Assembly: GCA_964568395.1 (NCBI GenBank)
Contig: CAZMPN010000001.1
Location: 129,133 to 193,132, forward strand
Direction: 5' to 3'
Source of the DNA: an uncultured Helicobacter sp.
Lineage (GTDB): Bacteria > Campylobacterota > Campylobacteria > Campylobacterales > UBA6016
DNA: 64,000 nucleotides
Shown: one piece after another, positions 19,210-28,219 of the stretch
Position numbering within the stretch: the first letter of the stretch is position 1
How the letters are laid out: every line of letters starts with the position of its first letter
Notes under the pieces: generated by a model
The model's input: only the letters and a program-made list of their open reading frames with translations
Database searches by the model: none
What the model was told of the DNA's origin: nothing
Made by a program: the position numbers and the translations under genes

Positions 19210-19976
19210 CTAAAGCTCGCCACCAGGCTCTCGACGAGCAGGTTCCAGCCGTCCACCATTACGAATAATAACAGCTTTAAGGGCAGGGAGATCATGACGG
19301 GCGGGAGCATCATCATACCCATACTCATCAGTACGGAGGAGACGACCATGTCGATAACGAGAAACGGCAAGAAGAGTAGAAAGCCTATCTCGAACGCAGT
19401 CTTCATCTCGCTTATCATAAATGCCGGAACGACTACCGTCAGCGGCACCTCTTCGATGGTTTTCGGGTTTTCCATCTTTCTTATCCGAAGGAATAGCGCC
19501 AGGTCTTTCTCTCTCGTGTTGCGCACCATAAAGTCTTTAAATGGCGCCATGGACTTCGTGAACGCCTCTTCGTATCCGATGCGCTCCTCCATGTACGGCT
19601 TTATTCCCTGATCATACGACTTTTTGCCGATAGGCTCCATGATAAAAAACGTCAACACCATGGCAAGGGAAACGAGTATCTGTGTCGGCGGCATCTGCTG
19701 CGTACCGATGGCTTGGCGCAAAAAGGCGAATACGATAATAAGCCTAGTAAAGCTCGTCATTACAAGCACAAGGGAAGGCGCAAGCACAAGCAGGGTTAGA
19801 ATGATTACGATATTTAGGCTTTTGACCAGCTGTTCCGGCTTTTGCGGAGAATTGATCGTCAAATCCACTACCGGGATCTGCGGAGTCGCGGCAGGAGCGG
19901 CGTAAGCTAGCGCGCTAAGCAGTAAAAAAAAGAGCAGCAGGCCAAAAATTTTCTTCATGGAGCTAATTTTACTCAA
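19206..19976 (-). CDS. fliP: flagellar export-gate protein FliP
   Basis: 256 aa with a signal peptide. It carries the conserved FliP blocks TSFTRLIIVFAFLRQAIGTQQMPP and AFEIGFLLFLPFLVIDMVV. Confidence 0.95.
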   Translation of the reverse strand: MSKISSMKKIFGLLLFFLLLSALAYAAPAATPQIPVVDLTINSPQKPEQLVKSLNIVIILTLLVLAPSLVLVMTSFTRLIIVFAFLRQAIGTQQMPPTQILVSLAMVLTFFIMEPIGKKSYDQGIKPYMEERIGYEEAFTKSMAPFKDFMVRNTREKDLALFLRIRKMENPKTIEEVPLTVVVPAFMISEMKTAFEIGFLLFLPFLVIDMVVSSVLMSMGMMMLPPVMISLPLKLLLFVMVDGWNLLVESLVASFR

Positions 19977-20076
19977 ACGCCCATTAGCATTACCCTTTTA
20001 ATCCAAAATTGTCTAAAATCATTAAAAAATAAGCTATTTTTTACGACAAAAATTAGTAAAAACCAAAGAGGTATCA

Positions 20077-21372
20077 ATGTCTGTTTCAGTGGTTGTAATG
20101 GCGGCCGGCCAAGGTACGAGAATGAAATCCAAAACGCCGAAGGTGTTGCATAAGATTTGCGGCAAGCCGATGCTTTATTATGTGCTAAGAGAGGCCAAAA
20201 AACTCTCTAGCGACGTGCAAGTGGTGCTTTACCATGAGGCAGAGATGATAAAAGAGGCTATGCAAAAAGAGTTTGACGATATCGGCTTTTTCCTTCAAGA
20301 CCATCTAAACTATCCGGGAACGGCGGGAGCGGTCATGGCCGCGCTTCCGAAATACGAGAAAGTGATAGTGCTAAACGGCGATATGCCGCTGGTTTCGGCC
20401 GATGCGATAAGACCGCTTTTGGAGCATGACGCGGACGCCGTGATGTGCGCCATAAGTCTTGACAATCCTAGCGGATACGGCAGAGTCGTGACGGACGGCG
20501 AAGAGGTGCTGAGGATCGTGGAAGAAAAAGACGCGAATGCGGTGGAGAAAAAGATCGGCTTGGTAAACGCCGGCGTATATGCGTTTAAGGGCGGTTTTCT
20601 GGCTGAGGCTCTCAAAAACATAGACGCCGACAACGCCCAAAAAGAGTACTACCTGACCGATACGATAGAGTATGGTGTCAAAAACGGCAAAAGCGTAAAA
20701 TGGGTCGAAGTATCGGAGGAGGAGTTCAAAGGCGTAAACTCCAAGCTCGATTTGGCGCACGCCGAGGAGATAATGCTGGACAAAATCCGCTCAAGATGGA
20801 TGAGGGAAGGCGTGACCATGAGGCTGCCTAGTACTATATACATAGACGACGGCGTAGAGTTCGTCGGCGAGTGCGAAGTGGAGAGCCACTGCGTCATCAA
20901 AGGGAAAAGCCGTATTGAAAACAGCGTCGTAAAAGCCGGAAGCGTGATAGAGGATGCCGTGATGGTCGATTCCGATTGTGGGCCGATGGCTAGACTAAGG
21001 CCGAAAACGCACCTGGCGGGCACGCACATAGGCAACTTCGTAGAGTGCAAAAACGCAAGGCTAGATGGCGTCAAAGCGGGACATCTATCGTATCTAGGCG
21101 ACTGCACGGCGGGTAGCGGCACCAACATTGGAGCGGGGACAATCACCTGCAACTACGACGGGGTCAAAAAATACGAGACCGTAATAGGCAAAAACGTATT
21201 CATAGGCTCCGACACGCAGCTGGTCGCTCCGGTAAAGCTGGAAGACAACACTATGATAGCGGCGGGCACTACGGTAACAAAAGACGTGGAGAGCGGCTCC
21301 CTGGCGCTTTCAAGAACGCCACAGAAGAACATCGCAGGTTTTTTCGATAGGTTTTTTGGGAAGAAACAGTGA
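20077..21372 (+). CDS. glmU: bifunctional GlcNAc-1-P uridyltransferase / GlcN-1-P acetyltransferase
   Basis: 431 aa with N-terminal MAAGQGTRMKS and C-terminal left-handed beta-helix hexapeptide repeats. Confidence 0.95.
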   Translation: MSVSVVVMAAGQGTRMKSKTPKVLHKICGKPMLYYVLREAKKLSSDVQVVLYHEAEMIKEAMQKEFDDIGFFLQDHLNYPGTAGAVMAALPKYEKVIVLNGDMPLVSADAIRPLLEHDADAVMCAISLDNPSGYGRVVTDGEEVLRIVEEKDANAVEKKIGLVNAGVYAFKGGFLAEALKNIDADNAQKEYYLTDTIEYGVKNGKSVKWVEVSEEEFKGVNSKLDLAHAEEIMLDKIRSRWMREGVTMRLPSTIYIDDGVEFVGECEVESHCVIKGKSRIENSVVKAGSVIEDAVMVDSDCGPMARLRPKTHLAGTHIGNFVECKNARLDGVKAGHLSYLGDCTAGSGTNIGAGTITCNYDGVKKYETVIGKNVFIGSDTQLVAPVKLEDNTMIAAGTTVTKDVESGSLALSRTPQKNIAGFFDRFFGKKQ

Positions 21373-22643
21373 ACTACGAAAACCTCCTAAAAAACAGACG
21401 GATAGGGCTGGCAGTCACGGCGTCGGTGTCGATATATAAGGCTTTGGAGCTAGCGCGCCTATACGTCAAGGCCGGCGCTGACGTGCGGGTCGTGATGAGC
21501 GAGGAGGCTAAGAAGTTTATCTCCCCTATAATGTTTGAAAGCTTGAGCTCTCATATCGTGCTTCACGAAGGTACCGAGAGCTGGGCCGGCGAGGTGGAAG
21601 GCGGCGTGAACAACCATATAGGGCTGGCCAAATGGGCTGAGGTGTTCGTCGTGGCTCCGGCTAGCGCAAATACGATAGCCAAGCTGGCAAACGCCATAGC
21701 GGACAACCTGATGCTGCAGACGCTTCTAGCGAGCACGGCTCCAAAGGTGCTGGCTCCCGCGGCGAATACTAATATGATAGAACACCCGATTACGAAGGCG
21801 AACATCAAGATGCTGACCCTTTGCGGCTACGAGCTGGTCGAGAGCGTAAGCAAACTGCTAGCGTGCGGCGACGAGGGCAAAGGCGGGCTTGCCGAGGTGG
21901 AGGATATATTCCTTGCAACCGCCAGAGCGCTCTTAAAAGATGAGTTTTGGGAGCATAGGAATGCTCTCGTTACCGGCGGTGGTACGCTGGAGCGTATAGA
22001 CGACGTGAGATATATCGGCAACTTCTCAAGCGGAAAGATGGCGGACGCTCTAGCCGTGGCGCTTTATGTGCGGGGCGCCGACGTGAGGCTGCTCTCATCG
22101 AAAAGCTCCCTAAACTCAAACCTCATAAAAACCATACCTTTTGAGAGCGGAGAGCAGCTGCACGCCAAAATATCGGCGTTGATGGACGGGGCAAAGTCAC
22201 CTAAAAGTACGAAGCCGAGCCTGCTAACAAACGAGCCGGTACAGCCTATAAGCAAAGAGCCGTATCTGTTTATGGCTGCGGCGGTAGGCGATTTTGCCCC
22301 GAAAGAGAAGATTTCCGGCAAACTCAAAAAAGACGGGCTGGAAAATCTGGCTCTAGATCTCATAAAAACGACCGATATAATAGGTACGTTGCCAAAAGAG
22401 GGCATAAAAACGGTGGCCTTCAAGGCGGAGAGGGACGCCGATAATGCGGTAAACTCCGCAAAAGCAGCCTTGGAAACAAAGGGCGTGGATGCGGTATGCC
22501 TAAACGTGCTTGGCGGGGGCGTGGATTTTGGCAGCGACGAGAACGAGGTGACCGTCTTTGACAGAAACGGCGAAAGCAAGATAGAGAAGGCTGGCAAGCT
22601 GATTGTCGCCTTGCAGATATTGGAGTGCGCAAAAAGGTTATGA
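21369..22643 (+). CDS. coaBC: bifunctional phosphopantothenoylcysteine decarboxylase / synthetase
   Basis: 424 aa with an N-terminal flavoprotein domain (VAPASANTIAKLANAIADN) and a C-terminal synthetase domain (RYIGNFSSGKMA). Confidence 0.92.
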   Translation: MNYENLLKNRRIGLAVTASVSIYKALELARLYVKAGADVRVVMSEEAKKFISPIMFESLSSHIVLHEGTESWAGEVEGGVNNHIGLAKWAEVFVVAPASANTIAKLANAIADNLMLQTLLASTAPKVLAPAANTNMIEHPITKANIKMLTLCGYELVESVSKLLACGDEGKGGLAEVEDIFLATARALLKDEFWEHRNALVTGGGTLERIDDVRYIGNFSSGKMADALAVALYVRGADVRLLSSKSSLNSNLIKTIPFESGEQLHAKISALMDGAKSPKSTKPSLLTNEPVQPISKEPYLFMAAAVGDFAPKEKISGKLKKDGLENLALDLIKTTDIIGTLPKEGIKTVAFKAERDADNAVNSAKAALETKGVDAVCLNVLGGGVDFGSDENEVTVFDRNGESKIEKAGKLIVALQILECAKRL

Positions 22644-24346
22644 TAGAAGGACTAAAAGGGGCGGTCGTACTTAAAGAGCTGGCCGCCCTTGCCCAAAACC
22701 TTGAAAAAAAGCTATCCCTCCCCGTTACGATAGAGGTGGTGCAAAAACTGCTCGATACTAAAGACGGATATAAATATCTGGCGAACGTAGACGGCAAACT
22801 TGTGGAGGCCATGTCGAAAAAGGAGCTGGAAGCCGGTATCAAATACTGGGCCGACGCCGTCAAAAACCAGACTACGAATACGCTGGCGCTAGAAAATCTG
22901 GCCAAAAAACCGCAAATACTGCAAAACGAAGTTTTCAAATCCGAAACCCTCTCAAAAGCCCTCGGCTTTGAAAAACTCGTAGAAGTGGTAAAGAGCGAGG
23001 TCGTGTCCATAGTCAGGCAGGATGCGAAGACCGCGGATACCCAAAAACCGCTTGAGCAAAAAGCGGCGACGCCTGAGCAAAAACCGACCCCGCCGCAAAC
23101 ACAGAGCGTTCCGGCCAGACTCGCCGCAGCCGATACGGAGCTTGCGAAAACGAGGCCGGAAGATATAAAAGCGCCCCAAAAAGAGGCCGCTATGCAACCC
23201 TCCGCGCCAAAAGAGGCGAAAGGCGAGATTAGGCAAACGCCGCAAACCGCACCCATTACCGCGCAGAGCGCACAAAAACAGGAGGCGGCTCCGCAGATAA
23301 TCGCCAGCCTAAAAGAGAACGTGCTAAAAGAGCTAAAAGCGGTCATACAGGAGGCCGTCAAGGCGCAAGCCCAAGCCTGGCAGCCGGAAAAAAGCGAAAA
23401 GCCGACGCAACCGCAGCAGCCGCAAAAAACGGAAATCCCAAAAAGTGAAGCGCCGCAAACACCTAGAGCGCAGACCAAAGAGGATATAAAAGAGAGGCTA
23501 AAGGATTTTAAAAGCCTGGTAGACAGCCCATCGGCTCCGACAAAACAGGAGATGGAAAAGGCCAAAATATCCAAAGAGGAGATGCGCGCGGCCAAGATGG
23601 AGCTTGCCTCGGAGAGTATAAAAAACGACGTTGCGGCAAAAATAGAGCAGGCGCTTTTGCAAAACTTCGAAACGCTGCCGAAAAACGCGATAGAAGAAGC
23701 GGCCCAAAAGCTGGCGGACGTGATATTCGGGAAGGCGCCCGGCAGCGATGCCGATGAGAGGATGCTGAAGATATTGGAGCACCTCGAAAAACAGCTGGAG
23801 CAAAAAGCCGCGAAAGAGGGCGGCAAAAAAAACATAGCGGGCGCGGAACTAAGAGCCGAAGAGAACGATACAAAAACAAAAGAGGCGCAAGCCGAGGGTA
23901 GTGGCGCGGAAAAAACAGAGTCAAAAACGGAAAATCCGGCCTCCAAGCTAAAGGCGCAGCTTCTGGAGGAGCTCGCAAAGGTAAGCACGAAAAGCGATTT
24001 TTCCATCCTCTCCAACGTCGCGATGGCGCTAAATAAAGAGGTTTTTACGTTTGTTTTAAAGGACAAAGGTGTTTTGCAGTTTAAAAAGAAACGGCAAAAA
24101 GAGTTAAACGCCAAAACGGTAGAATTCTATAGCGCATTCGAGACTTTGGGGCCCGTCAGCGGAGAGATTAGCCACATTGGCGGCGAAACCGCCCTTAGTC
24201 TAAACGTAGAGTTTGAAAGTACATACCGCTTTTTAAAAGAAAACCTGAAAGAACTCTCCTTTTTTGATAAAAAAAACGTATCCATAATGCACGGCATAAA
24301 AGAGCTAGCCGAGATAAAAAGCTCGTTTTTGGATACTACGGGATAA
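22640..24346 (+). CDS. Lys/Glu/Ala/Pro/Gln-rich low-complexity protein, possibly FliK-like (hook-length control) at the C-terminus
   Basis: I placed the start at the ATG at 22640, giving an ATGA overlap with the coaBC stop. The long central PQ/KE/A-rich region lacks TM segments. The last approx 110 aa (LGPVSGEISHIGGETALSLNVEFESTYRFLKENLKEL) loosely fit the FliK C-terminal pattern. The functional call is tentative. Confidence 0.4.
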   Translation: MIEGLKGAVVLKELAALAQNLEKKLSLPVTIEVVQKLLDTKDGYKYLANVDGKLVEAMSKKELEAGIKYWADAVKNQTTNTLALENLAKKPQILQNEVFKSETLSKALGFEKLVEVVKSEVVSIVRQDAKTADTQKPLEQKAATPEQKPTPPQTQSVPARLAAADTELAKTRPEDIKAPQKEAAMQPSAPKEAKGEIRQTPQTAPITAQSAQKQEAAPQIIASLKENVLKELKAVIQEAVKAQAQAWQPEKSEKPTQPQQPQKTEIPKSEAPQTPRAQTKEDIKERLKDFKSLVDSPSAPTKQEMEKAKISKEEMRAAKMELASESIKNDVAAKIEQALLQNFETLPKNAIEEAAQKLADVIFGKAPGSDADERMLKILEHLEKQLEQKAAKEGGKKNIAGAELRAEENDTKTKEAQAEGSGAEKTESKTENPASKLKAQLLEELAKVSTKSDFSILSNVAMALNKEVFTFVLKDKGVLQFKKKRQKELNAKTVEFYSAFETLGPVSGEISHIGGETALSLNVEFESTYRFLKENLKELSFFDKKNVSIMHGIKELAEIKSSFLDTTG

Positions 24347-24352
24347 TTTAAT

Positions 24353-25738
24353 TTGAATATCGATTTGAGTGTTAGGCAAAAGGCGTTTTTGGTAGGCGCC
24401 GTTTTTGCCCTCTTTTGCGCTTTATACAACGCAATGCTTCCCATATATACGGACGAGGCGTACTACTATCTGTGGAGCAAACACCTGGCTCTCGGATACC
24501 TCGACCATCCGCCGCTTATCGCCTATATGATCAAGCTTTTTACGCTTTTTGGCGATAGTGTCTGGCAGATAAGGCTCGTAGACGTATTCTGTTTTTCGCT
24601 GGCTTCCTACTATGTTTTCAGGAGCGCCGAATATCTGTTTGACGAGAATACGGCTTTTTATTCGTTTCTGATTTTTCTGTTTTCGCCCGCGGTCACTATG
24701 GGGTTTACGATAACGACGCCGGATTCGCCGCTTATACTGTTTTGGTCGGCTTCGTTCTATTACGCTTCAAAAGCGTTTTTTGAGGAGAGGACGGCCGATT
24801 TTATCTTAGCCGGGCTGCTTGGCGGATTGGCGCTTTTGTCTAAATATACCGGGGTGTTGCTATTTTTTAGCTACTTTTTGTTCGTCGCGGCCAAAAAACC
24901 GAAACTATTCTTGTCGTATAAGCTTTATCTGGCGCTTATGTTCGCGCTTCTGGCATTCTCGCCCGTGATAGCGTGGAACGCCTCGAACTCCTTTGAGAGT
25001 TTCGCTTTTCAGTATAATCACGGAAGCAAAACCGAGAGCGAGCCTCTAAACATACTTCTTAACGTAGAGTTTATAGGCGGTATGTTCGCGGTGTTCGGCC
25101 CCGTGTTTTTCGTGGTTCTGGCGTGGGCTTTCACCAAAAAAGAGAGTTATAGAAACGATAGGCTGTTTTTTGCGGTGTTGCCGGCTTTGTTTACGATACT
25201 TTTTTTCCTATATAAAGGGCTTTACAAAAAGATGGAGCTAAACTGGGTCGCCCCGGCTTTCGTCTCCGCCTCTCTAGTCGTCGGATATATGATTCGCTCT
25301 AAGGGGCTGAAAAAGACTTTTTACGCAGGGCTTGCGCTATCCATCCTGATAGTTTTTGCGGCTAGGTTTCCGCTATTTCTTGGGCTCGCAAACGCAAAGA
25401 ATCCGCACGAGAGGCTTTTTGGTTACGAGGAGCTTGCAAAGGAGCTTAAAAGGCTTGGGGACGGCGACGTATTCGCAGACCATCTGACTAGCGCGTCGGT
25501 GTTGACGTACCATCTAAAAAAGGATGTATTCATACCTACAAGCACCAGAAAAAGCGAATTCGACAGATGGCAAAAAGATGTCAATTTCAGCAGCCGCTCC
25601 GGGTTTTACGTCTCAAAAGACGAGAGGCTTTCTGAGCTTAAAACGATATGGAAAAACGCGGCTCTCTTGGAGGAGTTCAAAGCCAAGAAAGAGGGCTTTA
25701 GGGAAAAAACTTTTTATATTTATAGGGTTTCAAATTGA
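24353..25738 (+). CDS. GT-C glycosyltransferase, family 39 (ArnT/PMT-like), paralogue 1
   Basis: 461 aa with a TTG start. It is polytopic and carries the first-loop motif YTDEAYYYLWSKHLALGYLDHPPL, plus LSKYTG and a soluble C-terminal approx 100 aa. Confidence 0.8.
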   Translation: MNIDLSVRQKAFLVGAVFALFCALYNAMLPIYTDEAYYYLWSKHLALGYLDHPPLIAYMIKLFTLFGDSVWQIRLVDVFCFSLASYYVFRSAEYLFDENTAFYSFLIFLFSPAVTMGFTITTPDSPLILFWSASFYYASKAFFEERTADFILAGLLGGLALLSKYTGVLLFFSYFLFVAAKKPKLFLSYKLYLALMFALLAFSPVIAWNASNSFESFAFQYNHGSKTESEPLNILLNVEFIGGMFAVFGPVFFVVLAWAFTKKESYRNDRLFFAVLPALFTILFFLYKGLYKKMELNWVAPAFVSASLVVGYMIRSKGLKKTFYAGLALSILIVFAARFPLFLGLANAKNPHERLFGYEELAKELKRLGDGDVFADHLTSASVLTYHLKKDVFIPTSTRKSEFDRWQKDVNFSSRSGFYVSKDERLSELKTIWKNAALLEEFKAKKEGFREKTFYIYRVSN

Positions 25739-26667
25739 AGAGGATTTTAAAAAACGAGCTGTTAAAGACCGGGGTGAAGATAGCTTTTGCTCTCTTCGCA
25801 TTTTGGTTTTTATCCAAAAAGCTGGATTATTCGCAGCTACCGGAACTGTTTTATTCGATGAACTATTATCTGCTGCTTTTGGCGCTCATTTTGCAGTTTG
25901 CGTCTATAGCCATCGCGGCGCTTAGATGGCAGCTGGTTATGCGCTCTCTAGGGTTTGGCGGCAACTTCGGGTTTTACCAAAATCTATACTTCAAAGGCTT
26001 CTTCTTCTCGCAGGCGTTGCCCGGAAGCGTTGGCGGGGACGCGATAAGGCTGCTTGCCCTAAAGGACGAAGGGTATAAGGTCGGAGATTCTCTTTACGGC
26101 ATATTCATAGACAGGGTCGTAGGGCTTACCGGGCTTCTTCTTATCAGCCTTTTCGCCCTTTTGTTCGCTCCCGCTTACCTTACCGACGCCATCAAATATA
26201 CGGTCTTTATGATAAGTTTTGGCGGAATCGTCGGCTTTGTGGGACTACTTTTTGTCCACAAACTATTCGATTTTGGCAAAATGCCGAAGCTTAGAATAGT
26301 GGGCGAGCTGTCAAGGCGGTTTTTTAGGGTGTACGAGAACGCCAAGAAAGCAAATTTGCAGCTGGCGCTCTCGGTAGTCATACACTTTTTGTCCATTCTT
26401 TGCGTCTACTCCATATCGGCGGCGGCGGGGCTTGGCGTAGAGTTTGGCGCGTTCTTGTGCTTGATGCCTCTGGTCATACTCTTGACGATACTTCCTATCT
26501 CGTTTGCCGGATGGGGCGTCAGAGAGGGCGCGATGGTGGGGCTTTTTGCTATGAGCGGAGCCGGCAAAGAGGCTATAATGGCGGTTTCGATAGCGTACGG
26601 CGTGATATTGATAGCTTCGTCTATCCCTGGGTTTTTCGCCTGGATAAAATCAAAAAATATAGCGTAA
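25735..26667 (+). CDS. flippase-like membrane protein (UPF0104 / lysyl-PG synthase TM-domain family)
   Basis: 310 aa with approx 8 TM helices. It has AALRWQLVM...LPGSVGGDAIRLL, typical of this family. There is a 4-nt overlap with the upstream GT39. Confidence 0.72.
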   Translation: MKRILKNELLKTGVKIAFALFAFWFLSKKLDYSQLPELFYSMNYYLLLLALILQFASIAIAALRWQLVMRSLGFGGNFGFYQNLYFKGFFFSQALPGSVGGDAIRLLALKDEGYKVGDSLYGIFIDRVVGLTGLLLISLFALLFAPAYLTDAIKYTVFMISFGGIVGFVGLLFVHKLFDFGKMPKLRIVGELSRRFFRVYENAKKANLQLALSVVIHFLSILCVYSISAAAGLGVEFGAFLCLMPLVILLTILPISFAGWGVREGAMVGLFAMSGAGKEAIMAVSIAYGVILIASSIPGFFAWIKSKNIA

Positions 26668-26677
26668 GGGTAAATTT

Positions 26678-27871
26678 ATGAACGTAGATATGATGCGAAA
26701 AATAGACTACTGGGCCGGCGTGCCGCTCTGCTTTTTATCGACATATCTGCTAAAGCCCCTGCATGCGCTATGCACGCCTAAAAAACCGAAAAACGTCCTG
26801 CTCATAGAGCTTAGCGAGATGGGCAGCACGATACTTTGCGATCCTATGATGCAGCGTCTCAAAAGTAACGGCTGCGAGCTATTTTTCGTAATTTTCAAAA
26901 AAAACGAGCCGAGCCTCAGGCTGCTTAACACCGTATCAAAAGAGAATACTTTTACGATTAGAGAGGATTCGCTTTTTACGCTTGCCGCCGACGTGCTTAG
27001 ATTTTTGGTCTGGTGCAGACAAAAAAAGATAGATTCGGTCATCGACCTAGAGCTATTTTCCCGTGTAACGGCGCTTCTTACCGGATTTAGCGGTGCCGTA
27101 AACCGTGTCGGATATCACGCGTTTCATAACGAAGGGCTCTACCGCGGCGATATGCTCACGCACAAAGTCGCCTACAACCCGCATATGCACATAGCCAAAA
27201 ACTTTATATCTCTTTCAAATGCGCTTTTAAGTGACGCGAAGGAGACGCCGTACTCCAAAAAAGCCGTAACGGACGAGGAGATAAGACTCAAAAAAGCCGA
27301 GATTTCTGACGAAGCAAAACAGGGCGTGATAGCCAAAATAAAAGCCGCGATGCCTATTTTTGACGGTTCTCAGGATATAGTCATATTCAACGCGAACGCC
27401 TCGGACCTCATGCCGCTAAGACGATGGCCCAGGGAGTACTATATAGAGCTTGGGCGCAAATTGCTTGAGAGCTATCCGAACATCATCATACTCCTTACCG
27501 GTGCGCCTAGCGAGCGAGAAGGGCTCGACGTGATACGCCAAAATCTAGGGGATAGATGCGTCAACTTCGCCGGAAGTACGACATTTGCGGAGCTAGCTCC
27601 CCTATACGCCGTTAGCCGCCTGATGCTTACAAACGATAGCGGCCCGGCGCACTTCGCGGCCGTCACCGAGCTGCCTACGTTCGTATTTTTCGGGCCTGAG
27701 ACGCCGGCGCTTTATGGAAGTCTCGGCAACTTCACGCCAATATATGCGCATCTTGCATGTTCGCCTTGCGTCTCAGCGGCAAACCACCGCAAAAGCGCCT
27801 GCGACGACAATCAATGCGTGAAGGTGATTTCGCCCCAGTTCGTTTTCGACGTTCTTAAAAAAGCGTTGTAA
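26678..27871 (+). CDS. glycosyltransferase family 9 (heptosyltransferase-like)
   Basis: 397 aa with LRRWP, TGAPSEREG and the GT9 signature NDSGPAHFAA. Confidence 0.8.
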   Translation: MNVDMMRKIDYWAGVPLCFLSTYLLKPLHALCTPKKPKNVLLIELSEMGSTILCDPMMQRLKSNGCELFFVIFKKNEPSLRLLNTVSKENTFTIREDSLFTLAADVLRFLVWCRQKKIDSVIDLELFSRVTALLTGFSGAVNRVGYHAFHNEGLYRGDMLTHKVAYNPHMHIAKNFISLSNALLSDAKETPYSKKAVTDEEIRLKKAEISDEAKQGVIAKIKAAMPIFDGSQDIVIFNANASDLMPLRRWPREYYIELGRKLLESYPNIIILLTGAPSEREGLDVIRQNLGDRCVNFAGSTTFAELAPLYAVSRLMLTNDSGPAHFAAVTELPTFVFFGPETPALYGSLGNFTPIYAHLACSPCVSAANHRKSACDDNQCVKVISPQFVFDVLKKAL

Positions 27872-27891
27872 TTTTAAATTAGGAAAAAAAT

Positions 27892-28209
27892 ATGAAAAAA
27901 ACCATTTTAGTTTTAACGGCGTTCGCGCTGTCCCTCTTTGCCGATAACTTCACTACGCCCGCCGCACAAAAGGCGCCTGCCGAGCCGGTAGTAAACGCTC
28001 AACCGGCTCCAAAAGAGAGCATGGTGGCCGCCGATGCGAAAGCCCAGACCGTAAAAGAGCCTAAGGTCATAGCAAAAACGCACAAAAAATCAAAAAAAAC
28101 AGCCAAGACGGCAGGCAAAAAAACCAAAAAACACGTCGTGAAAGCAAAGCACGGCAAAAAAATAGCCGCCAAAAAACACGCGAAAAAAGCAAAACACAAA
28201 AAAGCGTAA
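27892..28209 (+). CDS. secreted protein with polycationic Lys/His/Ala-rich C-terminal tail
   Basis: 105 aa with an AGGAAA RBS and signal peptide MKKTILVLTAFALSLFA. The tail is KTHKKSKKTAKTAGKKTKKHVVKAKHGKKIAAKKHAKKAKHKKA. Confidence 0.6.
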   Translation: MKKTILVLTAFALSLFADNFTTPAAQKAPAEPVVNAQPAPKESMVAADAKAQTVKEPKVIAKTHKKSKKTAKTAGKKTKKHVVKAKHGKKIAAKKHAKKAKHKKA

Positions 28210-28219
28210 TAGGGTCTAG

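Noticed and set aside
22420-24114. 564-aa ORF on the minus strand, the longest non-annotated ORF in the window
   Set aside because: It lies entirely antisense to the low-complexity gene at 22640-24346. Its product is a Ser/Phe/Ala/Cys-rich string, exactly what the reverse complement of GAA/AAA/GCN-rich codons produces. It has no RBS or recognisable motif. I treat it as a shadow ORF.
28081-28170. A7-A8 homopolymer runs in the Lys-rich gene as phase-variation tracts
   Set aside because: The runs are simply consecutive AAA Lys codons. Campylobacter contingency loci characteristically use poly-G/C tracts, and I found no G/C run of 8 or more anywhere in the window.
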